36,485 bases of DNA. Origin: Candidatus Limnocylindrales bacterium. GTDB taxonomy: Bacteria > Chloroflexota > Limnocylindria > Limnocylindrales > CSP1-4. The translations under genes and the position numbers were made by a program. The DNA is taken from NCBI GenBank assembly GCA_036506235.1, contig DASXSA010000135.1, forward strand, positions 1-36,485, in the 5' to 3' direction. The notes below the pieces were generated by a model, which saw nothing but the letters and a program-made list of their open reading frames with translations, ran no database searches and was not told the origin of the DNA. Below, piece by piece: positions 1 to 8,019 of this stretch. Numbering within the stretch: the first letter of the stretch is position 1; every line of letters starts with the position of its first letter.

Positions 1-246
1 GCAAACGTTCGTCGCGATGCGGTACAGCCAGGAGCGAAGGGCCGCTCGGCCCTCGAACTGGCCGTAGGCGCGCCAGGCCCGGACGAAGGTCTCCTGTACC
101 GCATCCTCCGCCTCGAACGCCGAGCCGAGCATCCGGTAGCAATGGCCGGTCAGCTCAACGCGATGCGTCTCGAGCCGGGCGCCCAGCTCAGCCGGAGCTC
201 CGCTGGTTGATTCGCCGACGGTTGGATCGAGAACGAGTTCAGTCAT
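1..246 (-). CDS. ECF-type sigma-70 family RNA polymerase sigma factor, N-terminal part only (gene runs off the left edge)
   Basis: From ATG at 246-244 the minus strand reads [82 protein letters not shown]. This is typical sigma region 2 (AEDAVQEtf.rAW ... [10 protein letters not shown]). It is absent from the ORF track because no stop lies inside the window. Confidence 0.8.
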   Translation of the reverse strand, partial: MTELVLDPTVGESTSGAPAELGARLETHRVELTGHCYRMLGSAFEAEDAVQETFVRAWRAYGQFEGRAALRSWLYRIATNVC

Positions 247-498
247 GGGCTTCCCCCTTGGACGCGGTGTGGTTCGCGGGGCTCAGCGGCGCGGTAGCGT
301 GAGCCCGCGGGGCGGGGATGAAGGCGGAGATGGTACCGACAATTTCCGAGAGGGCGGTAGCCCTCCTTGGCCACAGCTCTCGATTCGCGAATATCGCTGG
401 TGCAGACAGCGCGGACAAGCGAGCCCGGGCAGGCGACCCGCATGGCTGTAGCGGCAAGACCGCCGATGAGTTTTCATCGGGAACCTCGTCCAACCAGT

Positions 499-532
499 GG
501 CGCCGGCGAGGGGCTGGCGCCTCCGTCTTTCT
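499..532 (+). terminator. Orphan GC-rich stem-loop with T-rich tail (terminator-like) in the sigma/ArsR intergenic region
   Basis: GGCGCCGGC (499-507) pairs with GCTGGCGCC (513-521), with one G-U pair and a 5-nt loop. It is followed by TCCGTCTTTCT. No plus-strand gene lies upstream of it. Confidence 0.3.
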
Positions 533-581
533 CCCGCCAGTGGGCGGAGCGAGGACCTTACCACCGAATAGGAATCTTGTC

Positions 582-610
582 TTGACAATAAATATTGTCG
601 GTGGCAAAGT
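582..610 (+). promoter_or_regulatory. Putative promoter and operator of the ArsR-family gene
   Basis: This AT-rich island in GC-rich DNA has TTGACA at 582-587. A perfect palindrome GACAATA-AA-TATTGTC sits at 584-599. A weak -10 (CAAAGT) at 605-610 follows after a 17-nt spacer. The ATG at 618 would then be at or near the transcript 5-prime end (leaderless). Confidence 0.4.
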
Positions 611-617
611 GGGTCAC

Positions 618-1214
618 ATGCTGGACGTGGGAGTGATCGAGAACGCCGCCGCGGCGGAAGCATCTCTGGATCCCGTTCGTTCGCGCCTCCTTGCAGCGCT
701 GGCCGAGCCCGCCTCGGCGACCACCCTCGCGACCAGGGTTGGCCTGACCCGCCAGCAGGTGAACTACCACCTGAGGGCGCTGGAGAGGCACGGCCTGGTC
801 GATCTCGTCGAGGAGCGCCGCAAGGGCAACGTGACCGAGCGCGTCATGCGCGCCACGGCGGCCTCATACGTGATCTCGCCGGCGGCGCTCGGCTCGGTCC
901 AGCCCGATCCTGCGCGCTCGCCGGACCGCCTGTCCGCGTTCTGGCTGCTGGCCCTCGCGGCTCGGCTCGTGCGTGACGTGGGCGCGTTGATCAGCGGTGG
1001 GGCCCGCGCACGCCAGCGGGTTGCGACATTCGCCATGGACAGCGAGATCCGCTTCGCAACGGCCGCCGATCGGGCGGCATTTGCGGACGAGCTCGCCCAG
1101 TCCGTCACGGCGCTCGTGGCCAGATACCACGACCAGACGGCAGCGCACGGCCGCGACCATCGCCTGGTCGTGGCGATCCACCCGAGCATCACGCGGGAAA
1201 CGAAGGAGTCCTGA
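618..1214 (+). CDS. ArsR-family winged-HTH transcriptional regulator with C-terminal extension
   Basis: The sequence MLDVGVIENAAAAEASLDPVRSRLLAALAEPASATTLATRVGLTRQQVNYHLRALERHGLV shows the ArsR/SmtB-type HTH. The track ORF starts at 318, but codons before 618 are Arg/Gly-rich and non-coding-like. A GTG at 609 is an alternative start. Confidence 0.8.
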   Translation: MLDVGVIENAAAAEASLDPVRSRLLAALAEPASATTLATRVGLTRQQVNYHLRALERHGLVDLVEERRKGNVTERVMRATAASYVISPAALGSVQPDPARSPDRLSAFWLLALAARLVRDVGALISGGARARQRVATFAMDSEIRFATAADRAAFADELAQSVTALVARYHDQTAAHGRDHRLVVAIHPSITRETKES

Positions 1215-1215
1215 C

Positions 1216-1962
1216 ATGGCCCACCCGTTCGAAGTCCGCAAGCAGATCGAGATCGATGCCAGCCCGGAGGAGATCTGGGAGGCGATCGCCACCGGAAAGG
1301 GGATCGACGGCTGGTTCCTCGGGACCGGGAACGACGTGGAGCCTCGCGAGGGCGGCCGCGTGCTCCTCGACTTCGGCGATGCCGGCAGCGGCGGATCCAC
1401 GGTCACCGCGTGGGACCCGCCGCGGCATTTCGCGCACAAGGGCGACGCAGCACCGGACGGGTCGCTGCACGCAATGGAGTACGTCATCGAGGGGCGAGGG
1501 GGCAGGACCCTCGTCCGGCTCGTGCACAGCGGCTTCCTGGGCGGCGATTGGGAAACGGAGTACGACTCGCTGAGCGAGGGCGACTTCATGTACCTCCACC
1601 AGCTCGGGCAGTACGTCAAGTACTTCCGCGGACGGCGGCCGATCGTCCTCTCGCTGTGGCGGCCGGACGAACCCGATCGCGAGCGGACACTGGCGGCCTT
1701 CGGTGAGGCACTCGGCCTGCCGGCCGACCCTCAGGAAGGCAACCGGGTCCATGCGCTTCCGAGGGGACTGCCGCCGATCGACGGCGTGGTCGACTTCCGG
1801 TCACCAGGAATCATCGGGGTGCGCACCGACGATGCGCTGTACCGTTTCCTGCACACCCCCCAGAAGGTGGCGTTCCTCGGCCACCACATCTACCGGGACG
1901 GCATCGACGCCGACGCGACCAGGCAGGCCTGGCAGTCGTGGTTTGACGAGGCCTTCGCCTGA
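1216..1962 (+). CDS. SRPBCC superfamily protein (AHSA1/activator of Hsp90 ATPase homolog-like) with extra C-terminal domain
   Basis: MAHPFEVRKQIEIDASPEEIWEAIATGKGIDGWF... has the typical AHSA1/START-like N-terminus. The ATG lies 1 nt after the ArsR stop, the classic ArsR-SRPBCC pairing. Confidence 0.8.
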   Translation: MAHPFEVRKQIEIDASPEEIWEAIATGKGIDGWFLGTGNDVEPREGGRVLLDFGDAGSGGSTVTAWDPPRHFAHKGDAAPDGSLHAMEYVIEGRGGRTLVRLVHSGFLGGDWETEYDSLSEGDFMYLHQLGQYVKYFRGRRPIVLSLWRPDEPDRERTLAAFGEALGLPADPQEGNRVHALPRGLPPIDGVVDFRSPGIIGVRTDDALYRFLHTPQKVAFLGHHIYRDGIDADATRQAWQSWFDEAFA

Positions 1963-2011
1963 GCCGGCCGGTCGACCCGAGCAGCAACCAGCCACAAACG
2001 GGAGAACCGCG

Positions 2012-2806
2012 ATGGACAACGCCACACTCAACAAGGTCACCTCGGCAGACGGCACCACGATCGCCTTCGACAGGCTCGGCTCGGGCCCGCCCTTGATCCT
2101 CGTCTGCGGCGGGTCGACCGACCGCGGGGCGAACGTCGGGCTCGCCGAGCAGCTGGCCCCTCAGTTCACCATCTACAACTACGACCGCCGCGGTCGGGGC
2201 GACAGCGGCGACACGCTGCCCTACGCGGTTGCCCGCGAGGTCGAGGACATCGACGCGGTCGTCGGTGCCGCCGGCGGCGCGGCGAACCTCTGGGGTTCAT
2301 CCTCGGGCGCGGTGCTCGCCCTGGAAGCTGCCGCCCAGCTCGGCGAGCGGATCCCCAAGCTGGCGATGTGGGAGCCGCCGTTTATCCAGGACCTTAAGGC
2401 GCGTCCACCGGCCGACCAGATCGAGCAGTACGACCGGATGGTTTCGGAGGGTCGCCGCGGCGACGCAGTCGAGTACTTCATGACGAAGGTGATCGGGATG
2501 CCGGCCGACTTCGTCGCGTATGCCCGAACGCAGCCGTTCTGGGCCGGCCAGGAGAAGATCGCGCACACGCTTGCGTACGACGCCACGATCATGGGCGACT
2601 ATTCGCTCCCGCTCGAGCGGGCCACGGCGATCACCACGCCGACACTGGTCGTCGCCGGGGGCGCCGACTTCCCGTGGATGCGCGAGACCGCGCAGGCGCT
2701 CGCCGACGCGCTGCCCCATGGACAGGTCCGGTTCCTCGATGGGCAGGGCCACAACGTCGATCCGGCCGTGCTGGCGCCCGTACTCGCCGAGTTCTTCAAC
2801 GGCTGA
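2012..2806 (+). CDS. Alpha/beta hydrolase
   Basis: The HG-like oxyanion region (LILVCGGS), the nucleophile elbow G-S-S-S-G (WGSSSGA) and a late GHN histidine are present. GGAGA lies 6 nt upstream of the ATG. Confidence 0.85.
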   Translation: MDNATLNKVTSADGTTIAFDRLGSGPPLILVCGGSTDRGANVGLAEQLAPQFTIYNYDRRGRGDSGDTLPYAVAREVEDIDAVVGAAGGAANLWGSSSGAVLALEAAAQLGERIPKLAMWEPPFIQDLKARPPADQIEQYDRMVSEGRRGDAVEYFMTKVIGMPADFVAYARTQPFWAGQEKIAHTLAYDATIMGDYSLPLERATAITTPTLVVAGGADFPWMRETAQALADALPHGQVRFLDGQGHNVDPAVLAPVLAEFFNG

Positions 2807-2816
2807 TCGGCGACCG

Positions 2817-3266
2817 ATGCGGTTCCACACGACCATCCTGCAGGCCGGCAAGACCGCCACCGGCATCCGTGTCCCGGATGACGTCGTGGAGGCGCTGGGC
2901 GCCGGTCGGCGACCACCCGTCCGCGTGACGATCAACGGCTACACCTACCGCAGCACGATTGCGGTCATGGGCAGCGACTACATGGTCGGCGTCAATGCCG
3001 ACAATCGGCTGGGTGCCGGTGTTGCCGGCGGCGACGAGGTCGACGTCGACATCGAGCTCGATACGGCGCCGCGCGAAGTGTCGGTGCCAGCCGATCTCAG
3101 CACCGCCCTGGATGCCGACCCCAAGGCTCGCGCGACCTTCGACGCCCTCTCCTACAGCAACAAGTCGTGGCACGTGCTACAGCTCGAAGGCGCGAAGACC
3201 GACGAGACCCGAGGGCGACGCCTCGCGAAGTCTGTGGAGGCGCTTCGGGCCGGTCGCCCGCGCTAG
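2817..3266 (+). CDS. DUF1905 / YdeI-OmpD-associated family-like protein
   Basis: MRFHTTILQAGKTATGIRVPDDVVEALGAGRRPPVRVTINGYTYRSTIAVMG... together with the C-terminal ALSYSNKSWHVLQLEGAKTDETRGRRL matches my memory of the DUF1905 plus YdeI architecture. Confidence 0.7.
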   Translation: MRFHTTILQAGKTATGIRVPDDVVEALGAGRRPPVRVTINGYTYRSTIAVMGSDYMVGVNADNRLGAGVAGGDEVDVDIELDTAPREVSVPADLSTALDADPKARATFDALSYSNKSWHVLQLEGAKTDETRGRRLAKSVEALRAGRPR

Positions 3267-3309
3267 GCCGTCGGGTCGCGCAGGGGCGCCAGCGCTCGGG
3301 GTGAGGCCG

Positions 3310-5061
3310 TCAGCTCGCCGTATCGACGAGCTTCGCAAACGTCGCCCTGACCTCCGCCGCAGTTGTGGCAGCGAGCGCCGCCTCGGCCGCCCGCTCGAGC
3401 TCAGTGAGGGAGGCCCCACGGATCGCGCGCCGCACCGCGGGCAGGCTGTGAGCGCCCATGCTCAGAGATCGGATCCCCAGCCCGACGAGTGCGAGGGCCG
3501 CGAGCGGATCGCCGGCCATCTCTCCACAGACGGAGAGTTCGATGCGATGCCGCGCCGCAGCCTCCACGGACAGCTGCACGAGCCGCAGCAGCGCCGGGTG
3601 CAGTGAATCGCGATAGCGCTCGAGCGCCGGATTGCCACGATCGACGGCCAGCGCGTACTGGAGCAGGTCGTTCGTCCCCAGGCTGGCGAACTCGATGTCG
3701 TCGAAATAGGAGTCGGCAACCAGGACCGCCGACGGGATCTCGAGCATGACCCCGAGGTCGACCTCGCCCGCGTCCTGCCCCGTGGCGACGACCTCGTCGC
3801 GGGCGCGTTCCGCGAGCACGCGCAGCGTCGCCGCATCGCCGGCGTCGGCCACCATCGGAGCCATCACCTTGATGCGGCCACGGCCGGCGGCGCGGTAGCA
3901 GGCACGGAGCTGGGTCAGGAACAGGTCGGGGCGCGTATCGGCCAGGCGGAGGGCGCGAACTCCGAGGAAGGGGTTCTGCTCTGCGGGTAGCGACAGGTAC
4001 GGGATGGGCTTGTCGCCGCCGATGTCGAGCAGGCGGACGGTCACCGGGTGCGGCGCGAACGCATCGGCAACCTGGCCGTAGGCGGCAACCTGCTCCTCCT
4101 CTGACGGCGGCTCCGAGCGCTCGAGGAACAGGAACTCGGTGCGGAACAGCCCGACGCCGCGGGCGCCGAGCTCCACCGCATCAGCCGCGTCCGCGGGCGT
4201 TCCGATGTTGGCCAGGAGCGTGATCGTCGTGCCGTCTGTCGTCCGCGCCGGGAGCGTCGCCTCCGCGCGTGCTTGCTGGCGTTCCTGCTGTGCACGCCCG
4301 GCCTGCTCCTGGAAGCGCGCGCCGTCGGCGTCGTCGGGCGCAATGACGATCTCCCCGCTCGACCCGTCGAGCAGCAGCTCGGCGGTCGCGTCGGCCTCCG
4401 CGAGCGCCGCCAGCAGCCCGTTCGCGCCCACCACCGCAGGGATTCCATACGCTCGAGCGAGGATCGAGGCGTGCGCGGTCGGCGAGGAGCCCTCGAGCGC
4501 AATGCCCAGGATCTTCTCGCGCGGGAGGGTCGCCGTCACCGATGGCGGCAGGTCCTCGCCGACCACGACCGACGGCACCGTGAGGCTGACCGCGGCAGCA
4601 GGCGCACCGGCCAGCTCGCGCGCGATCCTGTCCGCGACGTCGACGACGTCGGTTGCCCGCGCGCGAAGCAACTCGTCGTCGAGGCCGAGGAGGAGGTCGG
4701 CGACCGAGCGCGAGGCCGCATGGATGGCGCCCGGCCCGTCCAGCAGCCCGGTCCGGATGTGGTTCGTGGCCGCGTCGATGAGGGCCGGGTCACGGGCCAT
4801 CGCGGCGTGGGCGATGAAGATGTCCGCCTCGTCCCCGTGGCCGGCACTTCGGACATCCTCCGCGAGCTTCTCGGCCGCGACGGCAACCAGTTCGGCGGCG
4901 ACGCTCAGTCGACCGACCTCGGCATCCACCTGGTCCGCAGCGATCTGTCGTTGCACGGGCGCCTTGCCGGGTTCGAAACGCGCCCATGGGCCGCGGGCGA
5001 TTCCTGGTGCGCCCGGCGTCCCCTGGACGACCTTTCGCCCTGGCGCGATTTCGGTAGTCAT
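3310..5061 (-). CDS. ptsI: Phosphoenolpyruvate-protein phosphotransferase (PTS enzyme I)
   Basis: The 583-aa protein has the active-site His region (GSSPTAHASILARAYGIPAVVG), the PEP-utilising TIM barrel (GLFRTEFLF) and the C-terminal CGEMAGDP. Start chosen at ATG 5061, which overlaps the upstream stop as ATGA. Confidence 0.9.
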   Translation of the reverse strand: MTTEIAPGRKVVQGTPGAPGIARGPWARFEPGKAPVQRQIAADQVDAEVGRLSVAAELVAVAAEKLAEDVRSAGHGDEADIFIAHAAMARDPALIDAATNHIRTGLLDGPGAIHAASRSVADLLLGLDDELLRARATDVVDVADRIARELAGAPAAAVSLTVPSVVVGEDLPPSVTATLPREKILGIALEGSSPTAHASILARAYGIPAVVGANGLLAALAEADATAELLLDGSSGEIVIAPDDADGARFQEQAGRAQQERQQARAEATLPARTTDGTTITLLANIGTPADAADAVELGARGVGLFRTEFLFLERSEPPSEEEQVAAYGQVADAFAPHPVTVRLLDIGGDKPIPYLSLPAEQNPFLGVRALRLADTRPDLFLTQLRACYRAAGRGRIKVMAPMVADAGDAATLRVLAERARDEVVATGQDAGEVDLGVMLEIPSAVLVADSYFDDIEFASLGTNDLLQYALAVDRGNPALERYRDSLHPALLRLVQLSVEAAARHRIELSVCGEMAGDPLAALALVGLGIRSLSMGAHSLPAVRRAIRGASLTELERAAEAALAATTAAEVRATFAKLVDTAS

Positions 5062-5987
5062 GCGCTCAGCACTCTGTCGCGGTCGACACGATCGTGCACG
5101 ACCACGGCCCGCCGATCGGCATCGGTCAACGGGAGCATGCGCGTGCCCGGCGAGCGGAGGGCGGCGATCGACCACGCGACGGCCTCCGACAGCGCGGGCG
5201 CCCCCGCGCCTCGCGCGAGGAACCCGGCAAGCAGCGCATCCCCGGCACCGACGTTGTTGACCGCGTCCGGGATCACTGCCTCCGCGTGGACGACCGTTCC
5301 GCCCGAGTCTACCCAGACGGCGCCATGGCGGCCCACGCTCAGCAGGACGGATCCGACGCCGGCCGCGACCGTCTCGCAAGCCGCATCGACCGCCTCGCCG
5401 AGCGTCGTCAGCTTGCGTCCGGCGATGGTCTCCAGCTCCGACAGGTTCGGTTTGATCAACGAAGCTCCTGCACTGGCCGCGGCGGCGAGCGCCTCACCGC
5501 TCGAATCGACGGCGATTCGGCGATCGCTGGATGCAAGCCTTGCGAGCCGCGCGTAGAAGTCAAGAGGCGCCCCGGGCGGCAGAGAGCCACAACCCACGAT
5601 CCAACCCTCGCGGGTGGCGTCCGTTGCGGCGGCGAGGATCGCTTCCGCCTGTGCCTCGGAAAGGATCGGGCCGGGCTCGTTCACCTTCGTGACGGTCCCG
5701 TCGGGCTCGACGAGGCTGACGTTCGTGCGAACCGCCCCTGGGATCGCCACGGTCCGGAGGGGAATCGCACCGGCCAGCAAACCGAGGTAGGTCGCCGCCG
5801 TATCCGATGCCAGCGGCAACACTGCGATCGTTTCGACGCCCTGTTCGGCGAGAGCGCGCGACACGTTGAGCCCCTTGCCCGCTGCCTCGGACGTGGCGCG
5901 TCGCGCCCGGATCAGCCCGCCTCGCTCGATCGCATCGATCGCGATCGTCCGATCGATGCTGGGGTTCGGGGTGACCGTCACGATCAC
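5058..5987 (-). CDS. fruK: PfkB-family sugar-phosphate kinase, 1-phosphofructokinase (FruK)/tagatose-6-P kinase subfamily
   Basis: The N-terminus (M)IVTVTPNPSIDRT, the GKGLNVSR motif and the C-terminal NNVGAGDALLAGF anion hole fit this subfamily. The GTG start overlaps the upstream stop (GTGA at 5984-5987). Confidence 0.8.
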   Translation of the reverse strand: MIVTVTPNPSIDRTIAIDAIERGGLIRARRATSEAAGKGLNVSRALAEQGVETIAVLPLASDTAATYLGLLAGAIPLRTVAIPGAVRTNVSLVEPDGTVTKVNEPGPILSEAQAEAILAAATDATREGWIVGCGSLPPGAPLDFYARLARLASSDRRIAVDSSGEALAAAASAGASLIKPNLSELETIAGRKLTTLGEAVDAACETVAAGVGSVLLSVGRHGAVWVDSGGTVVHAEAVIPDAVNNVGAGDALLAGFLARGAGAPALSEAVAWSIAALRSPGTRMLPLTDADRRAVVVHDRVDRDRVLSA

Positions 5988-7708
5988 CGGTCGGGAGCGG
6001 GCCAGTATTTCGCGAAGAGGACAGCCTCTGCGTCGCGCGTCCAGGTCGGTCCGGGACCGAGGGCCGCCGCGATTGCCGGGTCTCCGGCGGCGAGGTCCTC
6101 GAGTGACGTCAGTGACAGCCCGCGCAGCTGAGGAAAGATGACGATCTTCCCGGCGAATCGGCCGTCGACCATGGCCTGCAGGCCGTCCCGCGCCGCTTCG
6201 ATGCCGCCGACCGCGCCGAGCGCACGCCCCGGGGAAAGCAGGCCGGAGAGCGTCTTGTCGACCACCCGTTGCTGGTCGGCGATCCGCGAACCGGACGTGC
6301 CCGTGTACTGCACGCCGTGCTGGAAGACCGGCGTCAAGTCGAGCGAAGCACGTGTACCGACCGGTACGCCGGCGAACAACACGAGCATCCCGTCCGGCAA
6401 CAAAGCCTCCGATCCGCCCACCACCGCCTTGGGCGTAGGCGCCGTCACGACGACGTCATCGGCGAGGCGCCCGTCGTTCTCCGCCTCGACGATCGACGCG
6501 AGCGTCTCGCCCGCTTGAGGCACGCGGAGCACCAATTCGCGACCGTTGGCCTTCGCAATGGGCTGGAGGCGGGCGGCCGCGGCGGCCAGGCGCTCCTGGT
6601 CGAGGTCGATCCCGATTAGCCGAGCAGGCCCGTCGGGCATCGACAGCGCACGCTCGATGTGCATCTGGCCCATCGGGCCCGCAGCCCCGACGAAGGCGGC
6701 CGTTCCCCCGGATCGGAGCTCGGCACGGTTGCGTTCCTCGCCGTACGCGGACGAGACGTCCAGCTCGGTCGTGCCCACGAAGGCGGTGTAGTGGTAGTGG
6801 AGCCGGCCAATGTCGAGCTCCACCGGGCCGTCGAGCGGCTCATCGGCGACCAGATTCAGCACCCCCCGGAAGGCGAGCAGGTCGGCTGCCTTCGACACCA
6901 CGGCGGCCGAGCGCGGGCCGAGGAGGATGATGTCGTCGAATGGGCCCATCGCCTCGGCCTGCTCGACGACGGTGACGCTTGCCCGGTCCCCAACCCGTCC
7001 ACGGATCTCCGCCAGGAGCTCGTCAGGGAGGTCGGTCAAGACGATCTCCCGCGCGCCGTCGAGGACGTTTCCCATGCGGTACGCGCGCTCGTCGCCGGCG
7101 CGCCCGAGGACCCACGTCCGGCCGCCTGTTGCGGGCGTGAGACGGCGCCGCTGCGTATAAGCGGCCTCGACGCACGCCCAGGGCTCGGTCAGAGCGGTCT
7201 CCGCGTAGCCGAGGCGGTCGTCGACCGGGATGACGTATGCGCCGTCGTCTGCAGCGAGGACCTCCGGGCCGATCAGCTGGTAGCCGATCAGGCCGCCCGG
7301 GATCGTGTAGCCATAGGCCGTGCTCTTCCCGTCCACGTAGATGTCGGGCTGGATCGCCAATCGCTGGCCGGCCCGGAAGCGGTCCGCCAATGTACTGCCC
7401 ACTTCGAGGATCGTGACGGCAGCCTCGTGTCCGAGTCGCGTGGGCTCGCGCGACAGGTCGCGGCCGTACAGCTTGGGATGGTCCCCGCCGAGCCGGATGA
7501 GCTTGACGTCGGAGAAGCACAGCCCGACGGCATCCACCCGGACCAACAGCTGATCTGCCGCGGGCCGACCGACCGGCACCGGCTCGGGTCGGCCGTCACG
7601 GCCGACCGCCTCGATCCCCTTGCCGTAGACGTTCCAGCCCAGGGTCTCCGACGGCAGCCTCGCCGGCACCGCCTGGTAGGCGGCGAAGCGATCCTCGACC
7701 GCGATCAC
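5984..7708 (-). CDS. Atypical 574-aa medium-chain (zinc-type) dehydrogenase/reductase with two Rossmann-like segments
   Basis: The GroES-like domain retains zinc-ligand-like positions (GLC64FSD, GH94E95, TEPWAC179V). A segment of about 120 aa follows without a glycine motif. A second segment carries G341AAGPMG. GTG start at 7708. Confidence 0.8.
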   Translation of the reverse strand: MIAVEDRFAAYQAVPARLPSETLGWNVYGKGIEAVGRDGRPEPVPVGRPAADQLLVRVDAVGLCFSDVKLIRLGGDHPKLYGRDLSREPTRLGHEAAVTILEVGSTLADRFRAGQRLAIQPDIYVDGKSTAYGYTIPGGLIGYQLIGPEVLAADDGAYVIPVDDRLGYAETALTEPWACVEAAYTQRRRLTPATGGRTWVLGRAGDERAYRMGNVLDGAREIVLTDLPDELLAEIRGRVGDRASVTVVEQAEAMGPFDDIILLGPRSAAVVSKAADLLAFRGVLNLVADEPLDGPVELDIGRLHYHYTAFVGTTELDVSSAYGEERNRAELRSGGTAAFVGAAGPMGQMHIERALSMPDGPARLIGIDLDQERLAAAAARLQPIAKANGRELVLRVPQAGETLASIVEAENDGRLADDVVVTAPTPKAVVGGSEALLPDGMLVLFAGVPVGTRASLDLTPVFQHGVQYTGTSGSRIADQQRVVDKTLSGLLSPGRALGAVGGIEAARDGLQAMVDGRFAGKIVIFPQLRGLSLTSLEDLAAGDPAIAAALGPGPTWTRDAEAVLFAKYWPAPDR

Positions 7709-7718
7709 GTCGGACGCC

Positions 7719-8018
7719 TTACTTCGGACGAGGAAGGTCGGCGTTCTTGAGAACCCGCCCAGTGTGGTCGATGATCCCCACCTTCGTGCCGATCGTCAGC
7801 GGGTTCGCGGCGAACAGGTCGCCGCCGTTGATCGCGATCCAGCGGTAGCCGGGCAGCGGGGCGAGCCGCTTGATGGCCGGCCCGATCTCGTTGCCGGTAG
7901 CCGCCACGTTGATCCGGCCCTGCGACGCGACGAGGTCGGCGAGGCCGTCCGGGTCGGGACCGGCCTTGAGCGACGTGGAAATCGCGTTCAGGAGGCCATC
8001 GCGATCGAGACGCGCCAT
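7719..8018 (-). CDS. Hypothetical 99-aa protein embedded in the PTS operon
   Basis: The ATG is preceded by GGAGG with a 6-nt spacer and lies 1 nt after the EIIA-HPr stop. Third codon positions are GC-rich. I recognise no motif. Confidence 0.6.
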   Translation of the reverse strand: MARLDRDGLLNAISTSLKAGPDPDGLADLVASQGRINVAATGNEIGPAIKRLAPLPGYRWIAINGGDLFAANPLTIGTKVGIIDHTGRVLKNADLPRPK

Positions 8019-8019
8019 G

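Noticed and set aside
318-617. N-terminal 100-codon extension of the ArsR ORF (track start at 318)
   Set aside because: The extension is Arg/Gly/Ser-rich and non-coding-like. It would run through the terminator-like hairpin and the TTGACA/palindrome island. ArsR homology starts right after ATG 618.
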